Assembly: GCA_030038895.1 (NCBI GenBank)
Contig: JASHQX010000030.1
Location: 1-44,676 of the forward strand
Origin: Thermoplasmata archaeon
GTDB lineage: Archaea > Thermoplasmatota > Thermoplasmata > Lutacidiplasmatales > UBA184
Length of the DNA stretch: 44,676 nucleotides
Direction: 5' to 3'
Every line of letters begins with the position of its first letter. Within the stretch, counting starts at the first letter, position 1. Below the pieces are notes generated by a model. That model was not told the DNA's origin. It did no database searches and saw only the letters and a list, made by a program, of their open reading frames with translations. Positions 17,821-24,588 of this stretch are shown here, in pieces. The translations under genes were made by a program, and so were the position numbers.

Positions 17821-19162
17821 TGGACTTGACCTCCGACGCCCCGACCGGGGCGGCTGGCGCCGCGGTTGGGAGTGCGTACACACCGAGGAACGGCGTCCCG
17901 CGCGCGGCGAGCCGTTTGAGGTAGTTGCGGCGGTACCGCCAGTAGAAGAGCGCGACCGCGATCCCGGTCACAAGGAAGAGGGGCCCGAGCGTCTCGGCGA
18001 CGAGCATCGGGGCGATCTGCACCCCCGGCGTCTCGCCGCCCCAGACGGTCATCAGAACGAAGAACTCGAGGAAGGACGTAGCGAGCCAGATGAAGAACGG
18101 CCGGTCCCGCGGGTGGGTCCGCTTCGAGCGATCGAGGTACGGCAGGAACAGGAAGTACAGGATCAGGACCGTCGTCACGCCGATCGCGAGGACGGGGGTC
18201 ACGTACTGGAAGTCAACGAACTTGAACAGCCAGAGGAAGTACCAGTCTGGCTCGGTCACGACGCCCGCGGCCGCGAGGTTCCCGACGTACGTGGGAAGGC
18301 TCCACGGCCAGAGCGCCGCAATCCCGAGTAGGAGCCCGACGTAGAGAAGCCCCCACTTCGTAATGTACCAGAAAATGTGGGGCATGAACGGGACGTGGGA
18401 CTTGTCCTCCTTCTCGTTGTACCGCCGACGCTGGGTCGGGTCCGAGGTCGCCGGCGGCGCGATCCCGTGCGACTCGAACAACGCAATGTGAGCGTAGAGG
18501 AGGGCCGCGAGACCGAGCGGGATCAGGAGGACGTGCGCATCGAACATCCGGGAGAGGAGCCCCTGCGCCGTTCCATCCGCGAGGATGAACGGCCCGAGGA
18601 GCGGGCCGATGGTGGGGAGGCGCAGCGCGAGGACAATCCCGACGTTCGTCGCGTTGTAGGAGAGCTGGGTGTACGGAAGGAGGTAGCCGGTGAACCCCAT
18701 CCCGAGGGTCAGGATCATGAGGAGCGTCCCGACCATCCAGGAGAACTCGCGTGGCGCCTTGTACACCCCGAGGTAGTACCCACGGAAGAAGTGGACGAAC
18801 ATGAGAAAGATCATCGCGTAGGCGCCGTAGAGGTGGCTTGTGAGGAGGAGCGAACCCATCGGAACGGAGTGGAGGATGTAGTAGGTCGAGCACCACGCCG
18901 CCGGCGCTGCCGAGTACGCCCCGACGGGCTGTCCGCACGCGGTGAGGGTCGGGGCGGTGCTTGGTTGGTAATAAAGGAGGAGAAGCGCGCCCGAGACGAC
19001 CTGGTAGAGGAACGCGTTCACGACGAACGCGCCGGTCCAGTACGAGGGCTTGAACGTGAACTCCGGCTGCGGGCGGAGCGCCCACTTCTTCATCGAGGTC
19101 CGGTCCTCGACAAAACCCCAGATGCGGTTCAGCGTCCGATTGTACCAGTTCGAGAACCCCAT
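17813..19162 (-). CDS. Cytochrome b (fused b6/subunit IV-like) of a bc-type complex
   Basis: 449 aa and polytopic, with an N-terminus typical of archaeal SoxC/SoxN-like cytochrome b (YWTGAFVVNAFLYQVVSGALLLLYY...). It starts 10 nt after the Rieske stop, with a GGAG in between. Confidence 0.8.
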   Translation of the reverse strand: MGFSNWYNRTLNRIWGFVEDRTSMKKWALRPQPEFTFKPSYWTGAFVVNAFLYQVVSGALLLLYYQPSTAPTLTACGQPVGAYSAAPAAWCSTYYILHSVPMGSLLLTSHLYGAYAMIFLMFVHFFRGYYLGVYKAPREFSWMVGTLLMILTLGMGFTGYLLPYTQLSYNATNVGIVLALRLPTIGPLLGPFILADGTAQGLLSRMFDAHVLLIPLGLAALLYAHIALFESHGIAPPATSDPTQRRRYNEKEDKSHVPFMPHIFWYITKWGLLYVGLLLGIAALWPWSLPTYVGNLAAAGVVTEPDWYFLWLFKFVDFQYVTPVLAIGVTTVLILYFLFLPYLDRSKRTHPRDRPFFIWLATSFLEFFVLMTVWGGETPGVQIAPMLVAETLGPLFLVTGIAVALFYWRYRRNYLKRLAARGTPFLGVYALPTAAPAAPVGASEVKSSE

Positions 19163-19172
19163 CGCCGGACTC

Positions 19173-20000
19173 CTACGTCGGGAAGTTGCACAGGATGACC
19201 GGCGTCTCTTTCACGAGCTGCGAGGTCGCGCCGACCCCGTAGTCGCCCTGAAGGGTGTTGAGGTGCCCATTGACCGGCGGGCTCCCGGGACGCATCCCAT
19301 TCGCGAAGATGTTCCCGGCCGCGTCCGTTTCGAGGAGCACCTGCGGGAGCGGGAGCACGGCCGGCCCGGTCAGGTTCGCGGCCGAGTTCGTGACATCGTA
19401 GGTCGACCCGTGGCACGAGCAGTGGATGTAGAAGGTGTGGCCGCCCGGCGTTTCGGGGCACGTACCGGGCGGATAGAACGCGATCGCGGGTGCGGGGCAC
19501 CCCAGGTGCTGGCAGATCGCGCTGTAGGCGACGATCGACTGGTGCGTCCCGATCCCGTACGGGACGTTCTCGGCGCCGTTCGAGCCGTTCGGCGTCCCGC
19601 TCGCCGGGTAGAGATTGAGTAGGAAGTTCGGCTCGTTCTCGAGCGGGTAGTAAAACAGGTAGAGCTCGCTCGTCTCGACGTTGTACTCGCTCTCGACCTT
19701 CGCGACCGTGAGGGGACTACCGTCGGTGTCGATCAACTGGACCTTGGGATAGCTCGAGATCCCGATCGTGGGGGGCTGGACGAACTGGAGCGTCCCCCCG
19801 ATCAATCCGCCCGCCCCGGCGCCGACGAGGCCGGCGACCGCGAGCAGCTTCAAGACGTTGCGCTTCGTTTCGTCGACCTCCTCGCCGCCGTTCGAGGGCA
19901 GGGAGGCGACCCGCCGAATCCGGCCGACAGGAAAATCGAACCGGGACGAGCGGAACGACGCCATCGGGCAGGTCGCGGCGCAGGCCGGGAAGTTCGGCAT
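19173..20000 (-). CDS. Rieske 2Fe-2S protein
   Basis: Box I CQHLGC and box II CSCHGS. KRNVLKLLAVAGLVGAG is a signal-anchor with a Tat-like KR motif. ATG 20000 overlaps the upstream stop (TGATG). Confidence 0.9.
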   Translation of the reverse strand: MPNFPACAATCPMASFRSSRFDFPVGRIRRVASLPSNGGEEVDETKRNVLKLLAVAGLVGAGAGGLIGGTLQFVQPPTIGISSYPKVQLIDTDGSPLTVAKVESEYNVETSELYLFYYPLENEPNFLLNLYPASGTPNGSNGAENVPYGIGTHQSIVAYSAICQHLGCPAPAIAFYPPGTCPETPGGHTFYIHCSCHGSTYDVTNSAANLTGPAVLPLPQVLLETDAAGNIFANGMRPGSPPVNGHLNTLQGDYGVGATSQLVKETPVILCNFPT

Positions 20001-20185
20001 CACAGCGTCCTCCCCGAGGTCTCGGGCCGGGCGTCGTCGACGCCTTCGGGCGAAGGGACCCGGGCGTCGCCGGGAAGCTCGGCGTTTTCGCTCCCGCGAT
20101 AGACCGCCCAGGTGATCCCGATCCCCATCAGCACGACGAGGATCTCCGTGAGTGTGACGATCTGGTCCGGTGAAAGGCCGCTCAT
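20000..20185 (-). CDS. Small (61 aa) single-pass membrane protein, unassigned
   Basis: MSGLSPDQIVTLTEILVVLMGIGITWAVYRG... ATGA overlap with the upstream gene. The track ORF (to 20488) is an Arg/Pro-rich extension. Confidence 0.5.
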   Translation of the reverse strand: MSGLSPDQIVTLTEILVVLMGIGITWAVYRGSENAELPGDARVPSPEGVDDARPETSGRTL

Positions 20186-20589
20186 CGATACCCTCCGACC
20201 TCGTTCGGCACGACCGGCATCGTCATCGTCCAGGTAGGGACAGGAACGCCCCCGGTCCAGGGCGAGACTGGGGACGGGACCGGCGGGGGGATGGGTGGGG
20301 CGGGAGGGACCGCGGGTGGGACCCGAACGGCCGCCGGGATCCCCCGGCTCTGCGTCGGGATCGGCTCGAGGCCGAGAAGCGCTCCGCGCACGGTGAGCGG
20401 CGTGCCCGGCGGGGGAAGCGGGAGGTCCGCGGCCTTCGCGAACTCCCCGAGGAGCTCCTGCTTCAGGCGCCCCGCGCGCCCGTACCAACGACCGAGCGTC
20501 CGGAGAAGCTGGCCACTGTCCTTGCCGAGCAGGAGGAAGAGCGCCGCGGCCCCGATGATGAGCCAGTCGACGTCGGAGAAGAGCGCCAT
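20182..20589 (-). CDS. TatA/TatB-like Sec-independent translocase component with a Pro-rich tail
   Basis: N-terminal helix DWLIIGAAALFLLLG, then an amphipathic segment LLRTLGRWYGRAGRLKQELLGEF, then a Pro-rich C-terminus. It starts 4 nt after tatC. Confidence 0.6.
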   Translation of the reverse strand: MALFSDVDWLIIGAAALFLLLGKDSGQLLRTLGRWYGRAGRLKQELLGEFAKAADLPLPPPGTPLTVRGALLGLEPIPTQSRGIPAAVRVPPAVPPAPPIPPPVPSPVSPWTGGVPVPTWTMTMPVVPNEVGGYR

Positions 20590-20593
20590 CGGT

Positions 20594-21427
20594 TCAACCG
20601 ACCCCTGCCGCGGCCACCGGGCCGCGACGTTTGGCGCCCAACCGTTCCCAGCGCGCCGCGAAGTACGCCCCGCCGAAATAGAGCCCGATCATCGGCGCCG
20701 CGATGAGGAGCATGGTGATCCCCGAGTTGTCCGGCGTGACGATCATCCCGAAGACGAGCGCGCCAAGAACCGCGGCGCGCCAGTGCTGACGCCAGGTCGA
20801 GGACCGGACGACGCCCATCCGGGTGAGCGCATAGATGAACACCGGCAACTCGAACACAACGCCAAATGCGAGGGAGTAGAGCAGGGCGAAGGTGACGAAG
20901 TCCTGCACTCCGAGGTAGGGCTGGAGGCCCATCGCGGCGACGTACCGGAAGAGGAGGAGGAAGGTGAACGGCGTGAGGATGAGAAGCCCCCCCACGGTCC
21001 CGATCGCGAAGAGGACCGTCGCGGGAATCCCGATCGAGCGCAGGAGCGCCCGCTCGTTGCGTCGGAGCGCGGGAACGAGGAACGCGCCGACCTCGTGGAC
21101 GATCCAGGGCATCCCCACGATCGCGGTGAGGAGCAGCCCGATCTCCATCTGAACCATGACCGAGTCGCCCACCCCCACGTTGAGGAGCTTCACGCCCGGC
21201 GGGAGCATCCACGACACCATCGCGTGGAAGACCTGCGCAGTGACGTTGTAGAACGGGCTGGGCCAGGGGTACACGAACGGAACCGAGTGCCCGAAGACCG
21301 AGACCGTGATCGGGCGTAGCTCGAAGAGAAGCAGGAAACCGAAAATCGAACCGAGGACGAGCGCAATGCGGACTAAGCGGCGTCGGACCTCCCCGAGTAC
21401 CTCGAGGATTCGGCTCAAGTCGCTCAT
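20594..21427 (-). CDS. tatC: Sec-independent protein translocase TatC
   Basis: Six-helix protein with ...LAFGVVFELPVFIYALTRMG... and ...IVTPDNSG... motifs. Confidence 0.85.
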   Translation of the reverse strand: MSDLSRILEVLGEVRRRLVRIALVLGSIFGFLLLFELRPITVSVFGHSVPFVYPWPSPFYNVTAQVFHAMVSWMLPPGVKLLNVGVGDSVMVQMEIGLLLTAIVGMPWIVHEVGAFLVPALRRNERALLRSIGIPATVLFAIGTVGGLLILTPFTFLLLFRYVAAMGLQPYLGVQDFVTFALLYSLAFGVVFELPVFIYALTRMGVVRSSTWRQHWRAAVLGALVFGMIVTPDNSGITMLLIAAPMIGLYFGGAYFAARWERLGAKRRGPVAAAGVG

Positions 21428-21532
21428 CCGCGCCTCCGAAAGCCCTCTCGAGACCCGAGCCGGGCGGGGGCCCGGGCGTACCGAGAATCGATCGAGGCTC
21501 GTCCCTCGGGCATGCCGGGTCGGGGGCCCGGC

Positions 21533-21742
21533 CTAGTGCCCCGGCGGCGTCGGCGTGCTGGCGCCCGCCGCGGCGCGTGCCTGCTCGGCCTTCAGTTCTT
21601 GTTCGCTCTCGAGGCGTCCCTTCTTGAACTCCCCGACCGAGCGGCCCAGGTTGCGGGCCAGCTGCGGGATCTTGCTGGATCCATAGAAGAGGATCCCTGC
21701 CACCACGGCGATGATCAACCAGTCGTCGATGGAGTCGAACAC
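21533..21742 (-). CDS. tatA: Sec-independent protein translocase TatA
   Basis: GTG 21742 is preceded by GGAGGG at 5 nt. (M)FDSIDDWLIIAVVAGILFYGSSKIPQLARNLGRSVGEFKKGRLE... is the classic TatA architecture. The track shows it only as the tail of a 236-aa artefact ORF. Confidence 0.8.
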   Translation of the reverse strand: MFDSIDDWLIIAVVAGILFYGSSKIPQLARNLGRSVGEFKKGRLESEQELKAEQARAAAGASTPTPPGH

Positions 21743-21777
21743 CGTATCCCTCCGCGGTTTCAGCGAGGTGCGGGGGG

Positions 21778-21793
21778 ATATGGAGTTCGTACG
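21778..21793 (-). promoter_or_regulatory. CGTACG core + N6 + ATAT box upstream of the tat-respiratory operon
   Basis: The gene-sense strand reads CGTACG AACTCC ATAT. The ATAT begins 39 nt before GTG 21742. Confidence 0.4.
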
Positions 21794-21846
21794 GGCGGAA
21801 CCGGACGGATACCAACCGTCCGGACCCGGGGTAGATAAAACGCCGG

Positions 21847-22890
21847 TCAGGCGGCCTCGATCAGGACGGTTTCGCTCCCGGCGGCGACCGCCCGGTCGAT
21901 CGCGAGCTCGGCGAGGAGCGAGAGGCACCCCACGCTGCGGGGCAGCCACTGCAGGGTCGAGCGGGACGTCACGCTGCTGGATGTGCGGCGGCCCTTGACG
22001 ACGGTCGTGGCCAGCGTTTCCGAAAAGGAGGTGTTCTGTTGGTACACTTCGCAGGCGTGATCGAGCGAGGGGTGCATCAGCGCTTCCATCACCGCCTTCA
22101 GGTGGCCCTTCATCTCGGGGACGTGGGTCGTGAGCGAATCCCGGACCTCGGCCGGAAGCTTCGGGGCCTCCTCGTAGAGCACCCCGAGCGCCTCGCCGAA
22201 CAGCTGGGCCAGCTCCTCGAGCGCATGGACCGCGACCCGCCACTCGAGAAGCTGGCGCGGGTCAGGGCTGCCGATCCGTCGCGCGAGTGCCCAGTCCCGG
22301 CTCGCGAGGAAGAGCTGGCGGACCAGGAGCGCGAGGACCTTGTTCGCCTCCTCCTCGAGCGTCGCGAGTCGACGGTTGCGCGAGGTGCGCTGGACGATCG
22401 ACTCCATCTCCTCGAGGAACGCGATCAAGATCATCTTCATCCGCTGGACGAGCTGGGGGAGCCCGTACTTCGACGGATCGATGAAGTTCTGAAGGACCAT
22501 CCGGTTCGACTCCTGGGCGACCACGGATACTCCGAGGAGACCGCGAGCCGCTCCGAGGACCTCCTCGACCCGGTCCGGGGCGAGGGGCATGTCCGTGCGT
22601 ACTTCGATCGCGTCGTGCCCGACTCGGTACGCGCCGACGATGAGGCGCTCAAGGACCCCCGGAGTGTCGAACGCGCGGGCTTGTACGAGAAACGGAGCTC
22701 CCGAGGAAGCGGCTCCAGGAACGGGCGCGGGCTTGAGGTAGAGGGCGCCGTCGTCGTTCTGGTCAAAGACGATGAGGTCACCGGGCCGAAGGTTCATCGC
22801 CTCGGCCCACGGTTTCGGCAACGTGACCGCGATCGATGAATGGCCCGCTTTCAGCACCCGTCGCTCCCGATTCGGCGTCCCCCAAGCCAT
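21847..22890 (-). CDS. AbrB/SpoVT-domain + PhoU-domain regulator (archaeal PhoU-like)
   Basis: The N-terminal RVLKAGHSSIAVTLPKPWAEAMNLRPGDLIVF is a SpoVT/AbrB swapped-hairpin motif. The remainder is all-helical with PhoU-like repeats. ATG 22890. Confidence 0.7.
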   Translation of the reverse strand: MAWGTPNRERRVLKAGHSSIAVTLPKPWAEAMNLRPGDLIVFDQNDDGALYLKPAPVPGAASSGAPFLVQARAFDTPGVLERLIVGAYRVGHDAIEVRTDMPLAPDRVEEVLGAARGLLGVSVVAQESNRMVLQNFIDPSKYGLPQLVQRMKMILIAFLEEMESIVQRTSRNRRLATLEEEANKVLALLVRQLFLASRDWALARRIGSPDPRQLLEWRVAVHALEELAQLFGEALGVLYEEAPKLPAEVRDSLTTHVPEMKGHLKAVMEALMHPSLDHACEVYQQNTSFSETLATTVVKGRRTSSSVTSRSTLQWLPRSVGCLSLLAELAIDRAVAAGSETVLIEAA

Positions 22891-22903
22891 CCGAGTTCCC
22901 CCC

Positions 22904-22927
22904 AACCTACTACAAGGTTCGTAGGTT
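22904..22927. promoter_or_regulatory. Inverted repeat AACCTAC-N10-GTAGGTT in the AT-rich promoter region of the AbrB-PhoU gene
   Basis: Perfect 7-nt arms. It lies 14-37 nt upstream of ATG 22890, next to GTTAAAC (a TATA-like box on the minus strand). It contains TTCGTAGG, one mismatch from the TTCGTACG element. Confidence 0.4.
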
Positions 22928-22985
22928 TAACGAGGGGCCCTTTTTGAATGTTTGGTTGAGTTTTTTCCCCGGACCTTTGGGATTG

Positions 22986-23720
22986 TCACCCCGTCGGCGT
23001 GAGCGGAGGCGAGGGAGGATGCGGCGATTCTCCGGGGGTCGGAGGCTCCGCGTACCCGAGGCGTTCGGGTGGCATCTCGAACTCCGAGCCGCGGCGCCGG
23101 CCGACGACGAATCCGAGGACGATCGCGATCACCACCATGCTCACGATCGTCCCGATGATAATGAAGACCGCCGCCCCCGGACCGGTCGCACCGGAGGAGA
23201 CCGTGAGGTTCGCGGGGAGGACCTCGCCGAAGGCGATGAAACCGTACATCCCCGAGGCGAAGTGCCCGGGCTCCTCGCAGACGAACTCGTACCAGCCGAC
23301 CCCCGGCGACGTGAACGTCTTGGTGACCACGTCCCCGGAGCCGGTCACGTTGATGCTGACGAGGGCGCCGTGCGCCGCGAACTCCGCGGGGATGTCGGCG
23401 GACGGCCAGGGGAGGACGGTTCCTTCCAGGTTCAGGATCGAGAACGTGTGGGGAAGCGTGTCGGCGTCCGTGACGGTGACGGTGACCGTGGTGTTGGTCG
23501 CGACCTGCTGGAAGGTGTTGGGGTCGAACATGAACGGCGCGGTCGTCGTGACGTCCACCGTCGTGGTAGTGTCGACATGGGCCGAGGCGGCGCGAGCCTC
23601 CTCGGTCGCGACCCAGCCGCCCCCCACGATGAGCAGCGCTACGCTCACGAGGAGCGTGACCAACGTGCGGGCCCTCCCTCCTCGAATCGACATTCCCATT
23701 CTCGCCGACGCGAATCGCAC
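22986..23720 (-). CDS. Sulfocyanin/halocyanin-like type-1 blue copper protein with a C-terminal membrane anchor
   Basis: Cu ligands are HTF...CEEPGHFASGM. There is an N-terminal signal/anchor and a C-terminal helix AAVFIIIGTIVSMVVIAIVLGFVV. Start is GTG 23720 or ATG 23699. Confidence 0.8.
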   Translation of the reverse strand: MRFASARMGMSIRGGRARTLVTLLVSVALLIVGGGWVATEEARAASAHVDTTTTVDVTTTAPFMFDPNTFQQVATNTTVTVTVTDADTLPHTFSILNLEGTVLPWPSADIPAEFAAHGALVSINVTGSGDVVTKTFTSPGVGWYEFVCEEPGHFASGMYGFIAFGEVLPANLTVSSGATGPGAAVFIIIGTIVSMVVIAIVLGFVVGRRRGSEFEMPPERLGYAEPPTPGESPHPPSPPLTPTG

Positions 23721-23736
23721 GCGGGACGGGTGTGTG

Positions 23737-23760
23737 ATTCAAAGCCCCTCCGTACGTACG
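23737..23760 (-). promoter_or_regulatory. CGTACGTACG + N6 + CTTTGAAT upstream of the sulfocyanin-like gene
   Basis: The gene-sense strand reads CGTACGTACG GAGGGG CTTTGAAT. The box ends 17 nt before GTG 23720. Confidence 0.3.
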
Positions 23761-23806
23761 CCATCCACCCGGCGGGACGGAACCCAGCCCCGCGGGTGGG
23801 CATCAG

Positions 23807-23828
23807 TTCGTACGTGGGGAATATGTAG
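23807..23828 (+). promoter_or_regulatory. TTCGTACG + N6 + ATATGTAG upstream of coxII
   Basis: ttcgtacg tgggga atatgtag. The ATAT begins 30 nt before ATG 23851, giving leaderless geometry. Confidence 0.45.
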
Positions 23829-23850
23829 CCCGATAGGCCCGTCCGGCGCA

Positions 23851-24078
23851 ATGCGCCTTCGCCGGGGTCTCGAGCGTATCCGAGCCTCGCTTCGCCCGGC
23901 CGGTCTCGCCGTGGCCGGCGGGTTTCTATTCGCGTCCTCGAACCTCCAGGAGACGAACGATCTGGTCTGGACGATGGTCGCGATCGGGGTCGCGGGCTCG
24001 ATCGTGACGTTTTCCTTCCTCGTCTACTCGATCTGGCGATTCCGCGACCCCAAGGCGAAGGGACGGCGGCATGGTTAA
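23851..24078 (+). CDS. Oxidase subunit II, N-terminal fragment (TM1)
   Basis: MRLRRGLERIRASLRPAGLAVAGGFLF...LVWTMVAIGVAGSIVTFSFLVYSIWRFRDPKAKGRRHG*. It ends where the HxN..E..WT loop motif of CoxII begins. Confidence 0.6.
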   Translation: MRLRRGLERIRASLRPAGLAVAGGFLFASSNLQETNDLVWTMVAIGVAGSIVTFSFLVYSIWRFRDPKAKGRRHG

Positions 24079-24532
24079 CAAGTACGAGGTTGCCTGGACG
24101 CTCGCGGTCGTCGCGCTCATCGCCGGGGTCAGCGTGTACTCCACAATCCTGCTCTACCAGCTCGACCAGCTTCCGGGCGATCCGACCGAATACGTCGACG
24201 TCACCGGCCACCAGTGGTACTGGGAGTTCTGCTACCCGGTGAACAACACGTGCTTCAACTCGAGCTACGACGCATCGACGAACACCGTCAGCGGCGGGGC
24301 GTTATGGGCGTCCCCGGGCGCGGAGCTCCAGATCAACGTTACGGGCGCGGACGTGATCCACTCATTCAACATCCCACAGCTCGGCGTGCGGATCGACGCG
24401 ATCCCCGGCCGGATGAACCACTTTGCCTTCCAGGTCCCCACCGTCGCAGCGGGAACCAGCTACCTGATCCAGTGCACCGAATTCTGCGGCGAGTTTCACG
24501 GAACGATGCGCTCGTTCCTCATCGTGACCTGA
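24071..24532 (+). CDS. coxB: Oxidase subunit II, TM2 + CuA cupredoxin domain
   Basis: MVNKYEVAWTLAVVALIAG..., GHQWYWEF, VIHSFNIPQLG, and the CuA site CTEFCGEFHGTM. Its ATG overlaps the stop of the preceding fragment (ATGGTTAA). Confidence 0.85.
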   Translation: MVNKYEVAWTLAVVALIAGVSVYSTILLYQLDQLPGDPTEYVDVTGHQWYWEFCYPVNNTCFNSSYDASTNTVSGGALWASPGAELQINVTGADVIHSFNIPQLGVRIDAIPGRMNHFAFQVPTVAAGTSYLIQCTEFCGEFHGTMRSFLIVT

Positions 24533-24588
24533 GCGGTGCCGCGCGGGTCCTCTCTCCCCCGACGGGATCGGCGGTAATCCCGGTGGCC

